Below the pieces are notes generated by a model. It did not search any database. It was not told the origin of the DNA and saw only the letters and a program-made list of their open reading frames with translations. Source: Alphaproteobacteria bacterium (lineage in GTDB: Bacteria; Pseudomonadota; Alphaproteobacteria; UBA828). Taken from it: 64,000 nucleotides of DNA. Where the stretch lies: positions 128,001 to 192,000 of the forward strand of contig CAXXMU010000006.1 of NCBI GenBank assembly GCA_963667785.2. The letters are read 5' to 3'. Positions within the stretch are counted from its first letter, which is position 1. The number at the start of each line of letters is the position of its first letter. Both the position numbers and the translations under genes were made by a program. Of this stretch, positions 29,298 to 38,115 are shown piece after piece.

Positions 29298-29629
29298 CGG
29301 CCGGCGCCCTCCTCCCCGCGCGCCTCGACCTCGGCCATGCGGCGGCCGAGCTCGTCCGAGGAGATGATTCCCTTGTTCAGCAGGGTGTTGGTCATCGAGG
29401 CCATCCAGCGCTCGTAGTAGCTCATGGAGTCGTAGGCCTCGGCGCCGAGCTGCTCGATGCCGCGGCGAAGCTCGTCCACGCCGACGATCCCGCGCCCCTG
29501 GCCGCCGAGCAGCACCATCAGCGCGTCGACCCGCTTCTCCCAGAGCGCATGCGCGTGCTCCGCCCGCTCGACGCGGTCTGCGGGCAGCCCGCCGATATCG
29601 TGGCAGCCGCGCCCCGGATCGTCGCTCAT
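29294..29629 (-). CDS. Nitrile hydratase beta N-terminal half / ScnB-like subunit
   Basis: 'HDIGG', 'WEKRVDA', 'DELRRGIE', 'SYYERW'; RBS GGGAGGGG. Confidence 0.88.
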   Translation of the reverse strand: MSDDPGRGCHDIGGLPADRVERAEHAHALWEKRVDALMVLLGGQGRGIVGVDELRRGIEQLGAEAYDSMSYYERWMASMTNTLLNKGIISSDELGRRMAEVEARGEEGAGR

Positions 29630-29713
29630 GCCGGCCCCTCCCCGCGTCCAACTCGCGGGCCACGATAGAATCAGCCCCGCCGGGGGACAAGGCGGCACGG
29701 CAGGCCGCGGCTC

Positions 29714-30532
29714 TCAGTCGTCCGGCACGCCGAGGCGGAGCGCGCCGACCCGGATCAGCAGGTAGATGACGAACAGGAGGGCGAAGACCAGCGCGTTGAC
29801 GATCGTCGCCAGCGCGTAGAGCTCGGGCTCGATCCCGTGGCGCAGGGTTCCCCAGGCGATGGTCGGCAGGGTGGGTATCGCCGCCACGTTGTAGAAGGTG
29901 ATCTCGAAGTTGTTGAAGCCCAGGATGAAGCTGATGATGAAGGCGCCGAGGACGGCCGGCCAGATGTTCGGGAACGTGACCTCCCGGAAGGTGCGGAGCG
30001 GCCTGGCGCCGAACACCTGGGCCACCTCGTCGAAGCGCCAGTCGTAGCGCACGAGCTGCGCCAGGATCACGAGAAAGGCGAAGGAGACGCTGTAGGTCGT
30101 GTTGGCCACGATCGCCGATTCGATGTTGCCGGGGATGCCGAGCACGTTGCGGTTGAACATCAGCGTCGAGATCCCGATCAGGATCTGGGCGACGAAGAGC
30201 GGCGCGAGGAACAGGACCGCGATCGCCCCCCGCCGGCGCACCGGATAGCGCAGGAGCCCGATCGCCGCGGCCGTGGCGAACAGCGTGGACAGCAGGGCGG
30301 TGCCGATGCCGATCAGAACGCTGTTCAGCAGGCCCACGTGGAAATCGCTCATGATCATGAGACGGCCGTACCACTCGCCCGTGAACACCGGCGGGAACGG
30401 CCACACGTTGTTCTCCATCACCGACAGGTAGCCGATGTAGAAGATGGGGAAGTAGAGGAACGCGTAGAGCGCCAGCAGCATCACGGTCTGGCCGCCGATC
30501 ACGAAGCGCGCGCCGGGGTTCACGGCGGCCAT
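29714..30532 (-). CDS. Polyamine-type ABC permease (PotC-like)
   Basis: 'FLYFPI'; EAA-like 'FDEVAQVFGA'; TM helices. Confidence 0.9.
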   Translation of the reverse strand: MAAVNPGARFVIGGQTVMLLALYAFLYFPIFYIGYLSVMENNVWPFPPVFTGEWYGRLMIMSDFHVGLLNSVLIGIGTALLSTLFATAAAIGLLRYPVRRRGAIAVLFLAPLFVAQILIGISTLMFNRNVLGIPGNIESAIVANTTYSVSFAFLVILAQLVRYDWRFDEVAQVFGARPLRTFREVTFPNIWPAVLGAFIISFILGFNNFEITFYNVAAIPTLPTIAWGTLRHGIEPELYALATIVNALVFALLFVIYLLIRVGALRLGVPDD

Positions 30533-30533
30533 G

Positions 30534-31415
30534 TCAGGCGCCCGCGCCCGTGTAGCCCGCGCGGCGCAGCCTGACCGTGCGCCACAGCAGGAAGATCACC
30601 ACCAGCGAGGCGATGCACATCACCACCCCCATCGCCGAGCCCAGCGCCCAGGTGCCGGCCGAGCCGAACTGGTGCTCGAGGCGGTTGACGAACATCGAGC
30701 CGTCCGGCCCGCCGAGGAAGCGCGGCGTGACCGATGCGGCGAAGGTGGGAATGAAGACCAGGACGATGCCGATGGCGGTTCCCATCCAGTTGAGCGGCCA
30801 CGTCACCTCGAGGAACGCCCGCCACGGCTTCGCGCCGCACACCTTGGCCACCTCCAGCAGCTCGAAGTTGAAGTTGAAGAGCGAGAGGTAGATGGCGAGC
30901 AGCATGAAGGGGATCCACAGGTAGACGAGGCCCACCGCGCTCGCGATGTTGGTGTACATCAGCGCCTCGACCGGCGGCAGCCCCAGCTCCATCAGCGCCA
31001 TGTTGAGCAGCCCGATGGGCCCCAGGATCTGCTGCATCGCGGTGACGCGGAGCAGGATTCCGGTCAGGAAGGGCGCCGCCGTCAGGAGGACGAGAACGAT
31101 GCGATAGCGGCCGCCGTGCTTGGCGATCAGGTAGGCGCAGGGCCAAGCGTAGACGAGGCAGATGGCGGAGACCACGGCAGCCATGGCGAGCGAGCGCAGC
31201 AGGAACTTGAGGTAGATCCACTCGCCCAGCACCGAGCCGTAGTTGTCGACGTTCCAGTCGGCGATCAGCTCGTAGCTCTCGGTCCGCCAGAAGCTGAAGA
31301 CCACGATCGAGAGCAGCGGCAGCAGCAGGAACAGGACGATGAAGAGCGCGCCCGGCCCCACCAGCGCGGCAAAGCGCACGCGGGGATCGAGATGGAGCGC
31401 GCGCCGCGCCGTCAC
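30534..31415 (-). CDS. Polyamine-type ABC permease (PotB-like)
   Basis: 'LLEVAKVCGA', 'TPRFLGG'. GTG start inferred. Confidence 0.9.
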   Translation of the reverse strand: MTARRALHLDPRVRFAALVGPGALFIVLFLLLPLLSIVVFSFWRTESYELIADWNVDNYGSVLGEWIYLKFLLRSLAMAAVVSAICLVYAWPCAYLIAKHGGRYRIVLVLLTAAPFLTGILLRVTAMQQILGPIGLLNMALMELGLPPVEALMYTNIASAVGLVYLWIPFMLLAIYLSLFNFNFELLEVAKVCGAKPWRAFLEVTWPLNWMGTAIGIVLVFIPTFAASVTPRFLGGPDGSMFVNRLEHQFGSAGTWALGSAMGVVMCIASLVVIFLLWRTVRLRRAGYTGAGA

Positions 31416-31479
31416 GGCACGCCCTTGGCCGCAGGCAGCCCTCCGCCGACGCCGCGATGGGCGGGCGCCGCGCGCAGGC

Positions 31480-32574
31480 TCACGGCTCGCCGTCCTCGAC
31501 CGCGAACACATCGGCCGCCTCGACGGGCCAGCCGAGAGTCACGCGGGCGTTGCGCTCGACGCCGGCGACGCTGGTGGGCCCGCTCACGACCAGCTCCACG
31601 TCGTTGTCGGCGCGCACGATGTAGTCCGCGAACTGGCCCTTGAAGATGATGTCGCGCACCGTGCCTTCGAGCCGGTTCTCGTGCTGCGCGGCGTCCGCCG
31701 CGGGGCCGAGCGCGATGCGTTCGCTCTTGAGGAACATCTCCACCGCATCGCCGGGCCGGGCACTTCCCGCGGCGCGCCCCACCAGCCTGATGCCGCCCCA
31801 GTCGATGAGCAGGCGCTCGCCGTCCTCCTGCATCGCCTGCCCGCTGAGCCTGTTGGGCGCGCCGACGAAGGAGGCGACGAAGCGCGTGGCGGGCGCGTTG
31901 TAGACCTCGAGCTTCGGCCCCACCTGCTCCAGCCCGCCGCGGTGCATCACCGCCATGCGGTCGCTCATGGTCAGCGCTTCTTCCTGATTGTGCGTCACGT
32001 AGACGAAGGGGATGCCGAGCTCCTCCTGGTAGCGGCGCACCTCGATCTCCATCTCCTTGCGCAGCTCGCGGTCGAGATTGGCCAGCGGCTCGTCCAGCAG
32101 CAGGAGCTCGGGCCGCGCGATCAGCCCCCGGGCGAGCGCGACCCGCTGCTTCTGGCCGCCGGAGAGCTGATGGGGGAAGCGGTCTCCGAGCCCCTCCATG
32201 CGGACGAAGCCGAGGATCCAGGCGAGCTGCTCCTCCCGCTCGGCCGCGCTCCGGCCCTGCATCTTGAGCGGAAAGGTGATGTTCTCCGCCACCGTGCGGT
32301 GGGGAAACAGGAGAAAGTCCTGAAACACCATGCCGATGCGGCGCAGGTAGGGCGGCAGCGCGGTCACGTCGGTGCCGCCGATCTCCACCCGGCCGCGATC
32401 GGGCGCCTCCAGCCCGGAGACGATCCGCAGCAGCGTGGTCTTGCCCGACCCGCTGGGCCCGAGCAGCGCGAAGAACTCGCGGCTGCCGATTTCGAGGCTG
32501 ACGCCGTCGACCGCCCGGACCGCGCCGAAGCGCTTCTCGACCGCCTCGATGCGCAGGATCGCCTGGTCGCTCAT
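31480..32574 (-). CDS. Polyamine-type ABC ATP-binding protein (PotA-like)
   Basis: GPSGSGKT, LSGGQKQR, LLLDEP, TOBE domain. Confidence 0.94.
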   Translation of the reverse strand: MSDQAILRIEAVEKRFGAVRAVDGVSLEIGSREFFALLGPSGSGKTTLLRIVSGLEAPDRGRVEIGGTDVTALPPYLRRIGMVFQDFLLFPHRTVAENITFPLKMQGRSAAEREEQLAWILGFVRMEGLGDRFPHQLSGGQKQRVALARGLIARPELLLLDEPLANLDRELRKEMEIEVRRYQEELGIPFVYVTHNQEEALTMSDRMAVMHRGGLEQVGPKLEVYNAPATRFVASFVGAPNRLSGQAMQEDGERLLIDWGGIRLVGRAAGSARPGDAVEMFLKSERIALGPAADAAQHENRLEGTVRDIIFKGQFADYIVRADNDVELVVSGPTSVAGVERNARVTLGWPVEAADVFAVEDGEP

Positions 32575-32593
32575 CGCGCTCCCGCCCCGAGGG

Positions 32594-32810
32594 CTAGTAT
32601 CCGGTTTCCGAAGTTGATTCCCACGCGGTCGGGCTCGAGAGCGATCCCTCCAACTGCGGTTTTCTTACACATCGTCATGCCCGGACTTGTTCCGGGCATC
32701 CACGTTTCTTGCCCCTGCTGCACGAAAACTCGTGGATGGCCGGGACAAGCCCGGCCATGACGCGTTGGGGGTGACACACAAGGATAGAAATTTCCGGAAC
32801 GGGTCACTAG
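32594..32810. mobile_element. CTAG-bounded MITE-like element (217 bp) carrying a REP doublet, copy 2
   Basis: Left end CTAGTATCCGGTTTCCGAAGTT; right-end reverse complement CTAGTGACCCGTTCCGGAAATT (16/22 match). REP pair at 32673-32762. Confidence 0.65.
32673..32762. repeat. REP doublet
   Basis: Same two REP units as 26476-26566 with a different spacer. Confidence 0.9.
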
Positions 32811-32922
32811 GCCCTCGTCGCCCACCGCCTCACGCCTCCGGCCGCGGCGCGCGTTCGCCCTGCCGCATGCGCCGTTTCCGCGCGATTGCATCGAGCGTCG
32901 CCGAAGAACGCCGGCACCAGGA

Positions 32923-32951
32923 GGGGAACCGGGCCGCGCGGCCCGGTCCCC
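32923..32951 (-). terminator. Stem-loop downstream of the binding-protein gene
   Basis: GGGGAACCGGGCC-GCGC-GGCCCGGTCCCC. Confidence 0.5.
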
Positions 32952-32979
32952 CGGCGTGCTGCCAAGGCGACTGTGCGGC

Positions 32980-34197
32980 TCAGGCCGCTTCCACCGCCGA
33001 CCAGACGCGTTCCCATTTCTCGGGCGAGGAGGGAGCGTCGAACTGGTAGAGGCCGTGAATGGACTCCGTCTCGTTCAGGAACAGGGTGTCGACGTACCGC
33101 TCCGAAAGCATGTCGCGAACGTCGACGGTGGGCGCCCAGCCGATCTCGACCGCCACCGTCTTCATGCTTTCGCGCTCGAGGCGGAAGTCGATCCACTTGT
33201 GAGCGATCTCCAGCTTCTCGCTGTCGGTCACGCCCGACGTGATGGACCACTGGTCCACCCAGCCGAGGCCGCCCTCGGTGGGCTTGAGGACGTGGCGCAT
33301 GTTGAGATCCGACTTGCCGTCCAGCTTGTCGAAGTGGATGCGCCGGTAGATGCCGGACCACTCCGGCGAGGCCCACACCACCTGGGCGCGCAGCAGCCTC
33401 TCGAGCGTGTCCTCGTCGTTCCAGCGATTGACCAGCAGCCCCTTCTGCTTGATCAGCAGGCGCTTGCACTCCTCGAGCTCCTCGTCGCTCAGCACGTAGG
33501 GGTTGAAGCTCTTGCCGTCGGGCCGCTCGCCGTCCTGCGTGCCCATGTTGTGCGCGGCGAGGATGCCGGCCAGCGCGATGTTCTCCTCGAAGCGGGCGCT
33601 GGTCGAGAGATGGCCGTCGTACTTCTCGTTGAACAGGAGATTGACCGATTCCTGATCCTCCGCCGCGACCTTGTCGGTGTTGACGGTGAAGCCGTACCCG
33701 CCCCAGCAGTTGGGCGCGGCGATCATGTCCTCGCTGTCCTCGGCGCGCAGCAGCGTGAACTTGGGCGGCACGAAGTCGTCGAACACGTTGCTGAGGTCGA
33801 GCTTCGAGTAGTCGACCGCCTGCACCAGCCCCTGCTTGGCGTAGAGGCGCGGCCAGAACCCGTCAGCCATCACCAGGTCGAAGTCCTGGGTGCCGCCGGC
33901 CCTGAGCTTGTTCCAGGCCTCGGAGTTGCCGTCGAAGAAGCCGGCGCTGACCTTGACGTCATGCCGGTTCTCGAACTCGGCTGTCAGGCTCTTGACGTTG
34001 TAGTGCTCCCAGCCGAGCCAGCGCAGCTCCAGCGTCGCAGCCTCGGCGTTGCGCACGAAGGGGCCGATGCTCTTCCAGGTGAACCCGGCGGCGGTCAGCG
34101 CCGCGGCGCCCTTGAGGACGCTCCGCCGCGATACGCGGCCGGGATTGCGCGCCTTCGACCGGGATGCCGAATCGGGTCGAGTCTTGTTCTTGCTCAT
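32980..34197 (-). CDS. Polyamine-type ABC substrate-binding protein (PotD/PotF-like), Tat-exported
   Basis: Twin-arginine SRRSVLK...AEA; 'WNKLRAGG..DFDLV', 'PTEGGLGWVD'; RBS GGAGG. Confidence 0.9.
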   Translation of the reverse strand: MSKNKTRPDSASRSKARNPGRVSRRSVLKGAAALTAAGFTWKSIGPFVRNAEAATLELRWLGWEHYNVKSLTAEFENRHDVKVSAGFFDGNSEAWNKLRAGGTQDFDLVMADGFWPRLYAKQGLVQAVDYSKLDLSNVFDDFVPPKFTLLRAEDSEDMIAAPNCWGGYGFTVNTDKVAAEDQESVNLLFNEKYDGHLSTSARFEENIALAGILAAHNMGTQDGERPDGKSFNPYVLSDEELEECKRLLIKQKGLLVNRWNDEDTLERLLRAQVVWASPEWSGIYRRIHFDKLDGKSDLNMRHVLKPTEGGLGWVDQWSITSGVTDSEKLEIAHKWIDFRLERESMKTVAVEIGWAPTVDVRDMLSERYVDTLFLNETESIHGLYQFDAPSSPEKWERVWSAVEAA

Positions 34198-34354
34198 GGA
34201 TAGTCCTCCCTTGATGCGGCGCAGCGGGCAGGATAGTCCGGGCCCGGCGCCGCCGTGACCGTCGCTCCGCTCGGCAGCAGCTCACAGAAGATCGTCGGAG
34301 TTCGCGCGGTCAGAGCGGATGATATCACCGCCCCGGTGGCTCCGCATCGCCAGT

Positions 34355-34422
34355 GTCGCTCGCGCCCGAGTCGCTCGCGCCTGAAAGGTCGCGAGCGCGG
34401 AAAGACAGGTCGCGAGCGCGGA
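34355..34422. repeat. Cluster of two direct-repeat pairs in opposite orientation upstream of the transporter/NHase operon
   Basis: GTCGCTCGCGCC at 34355 and 34370; AGGTCGCGAGCGCGGA at 34386 and 34407; shared core CGCTCGCG. Confidence 0.7.
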
Positions 34423-34445
34423 GAAGAGTCGCCGCGGACGCGGTC

Positions 34446-35249
34446 CTACCGTCCGCGAAAGTTTGCGGGCCGCTTCTCTCGGAAGGCGTCGGTGCCCTCT
34501 TTCAGGTCCTCGGTCCCGGAGAGATCGTGGAAGGAGCGCGATTCCAGGCGGAGCGCGTCGTCGAGCGGCAGGTCGAAGGAGCGCATCACCACGTCCTTGG
34601 CGAAGCGCTGGGCGAGCGGCGCGCGGCTCGCCACCAGCTCGGCGAAGGCCATGGTCTCCGCCACCAGGTCTGCGGCAGGAACGATGCGGTTCACGAGGCC
34701 GATGCGGAGCGCGTGCTCGGCGCCGATGCGCTGGCCCGAGAGGATGAGCTCCATGGCGTTGCCGAGGCCGACGATCTGCGGCAGCCGCACGCAGCCGCCG
34801 TCGCAGGGGTGGAAGCCCCAGTTCACGTCCTGGTGGGCGAACTCGGCGTTGGGCGAGCAGAAGCGGATGTCGCAGGCCTCGGCGAGCTCGAGCCCGCCGG
34901 AGATGGCGTAGCCGTTGACCGCCGCGATGATCGGCTTGTCGATCGAAAGACCCCGCGTGATGCCGCCGAAGCCGGGGCCGTCGGTGAACCGCGTGCGGAA
35001 TTCGGGCGCGGGCCGGCTGGCGTAATTCATCGTGTAGGTCTTGAGGTCCGCGCCGGCGCAGAAGGCGTGCGCGCCTGCGCCGGTGATGACCGCCACCCGC
35101 GCGCCCTCGTCGGCCGCGAATTCGCGCCAGCGCTCGATCAGCCGCTCGTTGGCCGCGAAGTCGAGCGAGTTCATCCTGTCGGCGCGGTCGATGGTGATCA
35201 GGCGCACATGCCCGTGCGCCTCGTAGAGGATGTCGTTCGCCGCCGTCAC
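34446..35249 (-). CDS. Enoyl-CoA hydratase/isomerase family protein
   Basis: 'AFCAGADLK', 'KPIIAAVNGYAISGGLELAEACDIR', 'FREKRPANFRGR'. Confidence 0.92.
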   Translation of the reverse strand: MTAANDILYEAHGHVRLITIDRADRMNSLDFAANERLIERWREFAADEGARVAVITGAGAHAFCAGADLKTYTMNYASRPAPEFRTRFTDGPGFGGITRGLSIDKPIIAAVNGYAISGGLELAEACDIRFCSPNAEFAHQDVNWGFHPCDGGCVRLPQIVGLGNAMELILSGQRIGAEHALRIGLVNRIVPAADLVAETMAFAELVASRAPLAQRFAKDVVMRSFDLPLDDALRLESRSFHDLSGTEDLKEGTDAFREKRPANFRGR

Positions 35250-35328
35250 CGTGGCCCCTCCCGCCGCTGCCTCGCCCGCCCGATCCTAGCCCGCATTTCT
35301 CACCAGGGTCACGGCCCCGGCCGGGGGC

Positions 35329-36546
35329 TCAGCCCCACGCCGGCCCCTGCCCGTCCGCCAGCGGCTCGCTCAGCGCGCCGGCGATGTCCATCAGGCTCGC
35401 GATGTTGTGCACCGGCCTGAACTCGTCGATGTGCGGCATGATCGTCCTGACGCCGCCGGCCTCGGGCTTGAACCCCTCGTAGCGGAGCAGCGGGTTAAGC
35501 CAGATCAGGCGCCGGCAGGACTTGTGGAGCCGCTCCACCTCGGCCTGCAGGATGCCGAGATCGTCGCGGTCGAGCCCGTCGGTGATGAGCAGCACCACCG
35601 CGCCCTGGGCCAGCACGCGGCGCGACCAGTACTGGTTGAAGTCCTTGAGGCAGGGGCCGATGCGGGTGCCCCCGGACCAGTCCTGCACCGAGCCGCTGGC
35701 GCGGCCGACCGCGACATCCACGTCGCGATGCCTGAGATGGCGCGTGATGTTGGTTAGCCTGGTGCCGAAGAGGAAGCTGTGCACCCGGTCGCGGTCGTTG
35801 GTGACGGCGTGGACGAAGTGCAGGAACATGCGCGAGTAGCGGCTCATCGAGCCGGAGACGTCGCAGAGCATGACCAGCGCGGGCTGGCGCTCGGCGCGGG
35901 AGCGGCGCTTGAGCGGCATCAGGTCGCCGCTGGAGCGCAGGCTCGCGCGCAGCGTGGCGCGCATGTCGATGCGCCGCCCCAGCGGATCGGGCCGGTAGCG
36001 GCGCGTCGGCACCGGCTTGATCGGCAGCCTGAGAGCCGCGATCGCCCGCTTCGCCTCGGCCAGCTCGTCGGCCGACATGTCCTCGAAGTCCATCTCCTGC
36101 AGCACTTCCTGGGGCGAGAAGGTGAGCACCGCGTCGAGCTCGATCTCGACGTCCTCCTGAGCCTTCTCGTCCTCTTCGGGCGTGCGCGGCGCGATCGCCT
36201 CGCTCGCGCGCCGGCTCGCCGGCGGCGCATCCGGCTTGGGCAGCCTGTCGGTGGCCATGACCGGGCCCTGGACCGCGCTTTCCAGGCGGATCTCGCGCCA
36301 GAAGAGCTGAAAGGCCTGATCGAAGATGTCGTGCTGGTCGCGCCGCTCGACGAGGACGGCGTGAAGCGCCCAGTAGAGATCGCTGCGGCGGGTGGGATCG
36401 ACCGCCTCGACGGCGCGCACCGATTCGATGGTCTTGCCGGGCCCCGCCGGCAGGCCGGCGCCGCGCAGGGCGCGGACGAAGTGCATCACGTTGTAGGCGA
36501 GGGTCCCGCCCCCGGCCGGCTCCGCCGGCACCGCCTGCGCCGTCAC
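35329..36546 (-). CDS. CoxE-like VWA domain protein
   Basis: MIDAS 'DVSGSMSRYSR', 'DWSGGTRIG', 'ITDGLDR', 'WLNPL'. Confidence 0.92.
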   Translation of the reverse strand: MTAQAVPAEPAGGGTLAYNVMHFVRALRGAGLPAGPGKTIESVRAVEAVDPTRRSDLYWALHAVLVERRDQHDIFDQAFQLFWREIRLESAVQGPVMATDRLPKPDAPPASRRASEAIAPRTPEEDEKAQEDVEIELDAVLTFSPQEVLQEMDFEDMSADELAEAKRAIAALRLPIKPVPTRRYRPDPLGRRIDMRATLRASLRSSGDLMPLKRRSRAERQPALVMLCDVSGSMSRYSRMFLHFVHAVTNDRDRVHSFLFGTRLTNITRHLRHRDVDVAVGRASGSVQDWSGGTRIGPCLKDFNQYWSRRVLAQGAVVLLITDGLDRDDLGILQAEVERLHKSCRRLIWLNPLLRYEGFKPEAGGVRTIMPHIDEFRPVHNIASLMDIAGALSEPLADGQGPAWG

Positions 36547-37448
36547 GGCCGGACCTGGGGCGGGGCGGGCCCGGGCGCGCGGCCGCCCGCCTCCGCCAGG
36601 CCGCGCTGGTAGGCCAGCAGGCGGTCGAGATTGGCGCGGATGGTCTCGGGATCGAGCTCGATCCGGTCGAGCTCCATCACCGCGCTCGACCAGGCGATCA
36701 CCTCGCCGAGCGCCATCACCTCGGAGAGGTCGGCATGGCGCATGCGCTCGATGAAGGCGGCGATGTTGTCGCTCAGCCGCCGCTCGACGCCCGGCAGGCG
36801 GGCACGCAGGATCGCCTTCTCCTGCGCCGCGTCGGGATAGTCGACCCAGTGGTAGAGGCAGCGCCGCTTCAGCGCGTCGTGCACCTCGCGCGTGCGGTTG
36901 GACGTGATGACCACCAGCGGCCGGTCGGCGGCCGTCACGGTGCCGAGCTCCGGCACGCTCACCTGAAACTCCGAGAGCACCTCCAGCAGATAGGCCTCGA
37001 ACGGCGCATCGGCCCGGTCGATCTCGTCGATCAGCAGCACCGGCGGGCCGAGAGGGTCGGGCTCGAGCGCCGTGAGCAGCGGCCGCTTGACCAGGAAGCG
37101 CTCGTCGAAAATGTCCTCGGCCAGCGCCGCGCGCCCGCCCCCGCCCCGCTCGGCAAGGCGGATCGCGAGCATCTGCGCGGCATAGTTCCACTCGTAGACG
37201 GCGGCGGCGGCGTCCAGGCCCTCGTGACACTGCAGCCGCAGCAGCCGGCGGCCCAGGGTCTCGGCAAGGGTCGCGGCGAGCTGGGTCTTGCCGCAGCCGG
37301 CCTCGCCCTCGAGCAGCAGGGGGCGGCCGAGCGCGACGCTGAGGAAGAGAGTCTTGACCAGCGCGTCGTCCGCGACGTAGCGCCCCTCCTCGAGGAGCGC
37401 CCGCGTCTCGGCTTCGCTGCCCGGCAGCGCCCGCATTGGCTCGGCCAT
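36543..37448 (-). CDS. CoxD-like MoxR AAA+ ATPase
   Basis: Walker A GEAGCGKT, 'YEWNY', Walker B LLIDEIDRAD, 'HDALKRRC'. Confidence 0.92.
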   Translation of the reverse strand: MAEPMRALPGSEAETRALLEEGRYVADDALVKTLFLSVALGRPLLLEGEAGCGKTQLAATLAETLGRRLLRLQCHEGLDAAAAVYEWNYAAQMLAIRLAERGGGGRAALAEDIFDERFLVKRPLLTALEPDPLGPPVLLIDEIDRADAPFEAYLLEVLSEFQVSVPELGTVTAADRPLVVITSNRTREVHDALKRRCLYHWVDYPDAAQEKAILRARLPGVERRLSDNIAAFIERMRHADLSEVMALGEVIAWSSAVMELDRIELDPETIRANLDRLLAYQRGLAEAGGRAPGPAPPQVRP

Positions 37449-37509
37449 GCGGCGTTTCTTACCCCTATCGGGCAGGGATCGAAAGGCGCCGCGCCGTGCC
37501 CCGGCCTTG

Positions 37510-37545
37510 CCCCACGTCGCCGCCCACGTCGCCCTCCATGTCGCC
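37510..37545. repeat. Three tandem 12-bp repeats in the divergent coxD/gpt intergenic region
   Basis: CCCCACGTCGCC GCCCACGTCGCC CTCCATGTCGCC. Confidence 0.65.
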
Positions 37546-37614
37546 CCTTGCCCGGCCGGGCGATGTCCGCTTGCATGGGGGCCGGCATGACGGCTTCCGT
37601 GGACGGTGTATGAG

Positions 37615-38115
37615 ATGGCTATGACGTACGACAAGGGGTTCCCCGTATCGTGGGATCAGCTTCATCGGGACGCCCGCGCGCTGGCCTGGCGGCTGGCCGA
37701 GCGCGGCCCGTGGCGGAGCATCGTGGCGGTCACCCGCGGCGGCCTGGTGCCGGCCGCCATCGTCGCCCGCGAGCTCGACATCAGGCTGGTGGACACGGTC
37801 TGCATTTCCTCCTACGACCATCAGGACCAGCGCTCGGCGAAGGTTCTGAAGGCGGTATCCGACGACGGGGCCGACGTGCTCATCGTCGACGACCTCGCCG
37901 ATACCGGCGCCACCGCCAGGATCGTCCGCCAGATGCTGCCCAAGGCCCACTTCGCCTGCGTCTACGCCAAGCCGGCCGGCCGCTCGGAGGCGCACACCTT
38001 CGTCACCGAGGTGAGCCAGGACACCTGGATCTTCTTCCCCTGGGACACGGACCTCCGCTTCGTGCCGCCGATTGCGGAGCGCGAGCCGGAGGAGATCGCG
38101 GAAGCCGCGCCGTGA
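37615..38115 (+). CDS. gpt: Xanthine-guanine phosphoribosyltransferase
   Basis: '[19 protein letters not shown]', 'TRGGLVPA', PRPP motif [10 protein letters not shown], '[11 protein letters not shown]'. Confidence 0.92.
   Translation: MAMTYDKGFPVSWDQLHRDARALAWRLAERGPWRSIVAVTRGGLVPAAIVARELDIRLVDTVCISSYDHQDQRSAKVLKAVSDDGADVLIVDDLADTGATARIVRQMLPKAHFACVYAKPAGRSEAHTFVTEVSQDTWIFFPWDTDLRFVPPIAEREPEEIAEAAP

Noticed and set aside
29007-29629. Split NHase beta as a frameshift pseudogene
   Set aside because: The clean ATGA coupling, missing linker region and match to the known three-subunit architecture argue for a genuine split.
34200-34350. Possible guanidine (ykkC-type) riboswitch before the PotD-like gene
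   Set aside because: Only a loose CACGGCGG...GCCCGG resemblance; the conserved core was not found. A covariance-model search is needed.
35329-37448. Evidence for CO oxidation
   Set aside because: coxD/coxE homologues alone are not diagnostic, and there is no coxL in the window.
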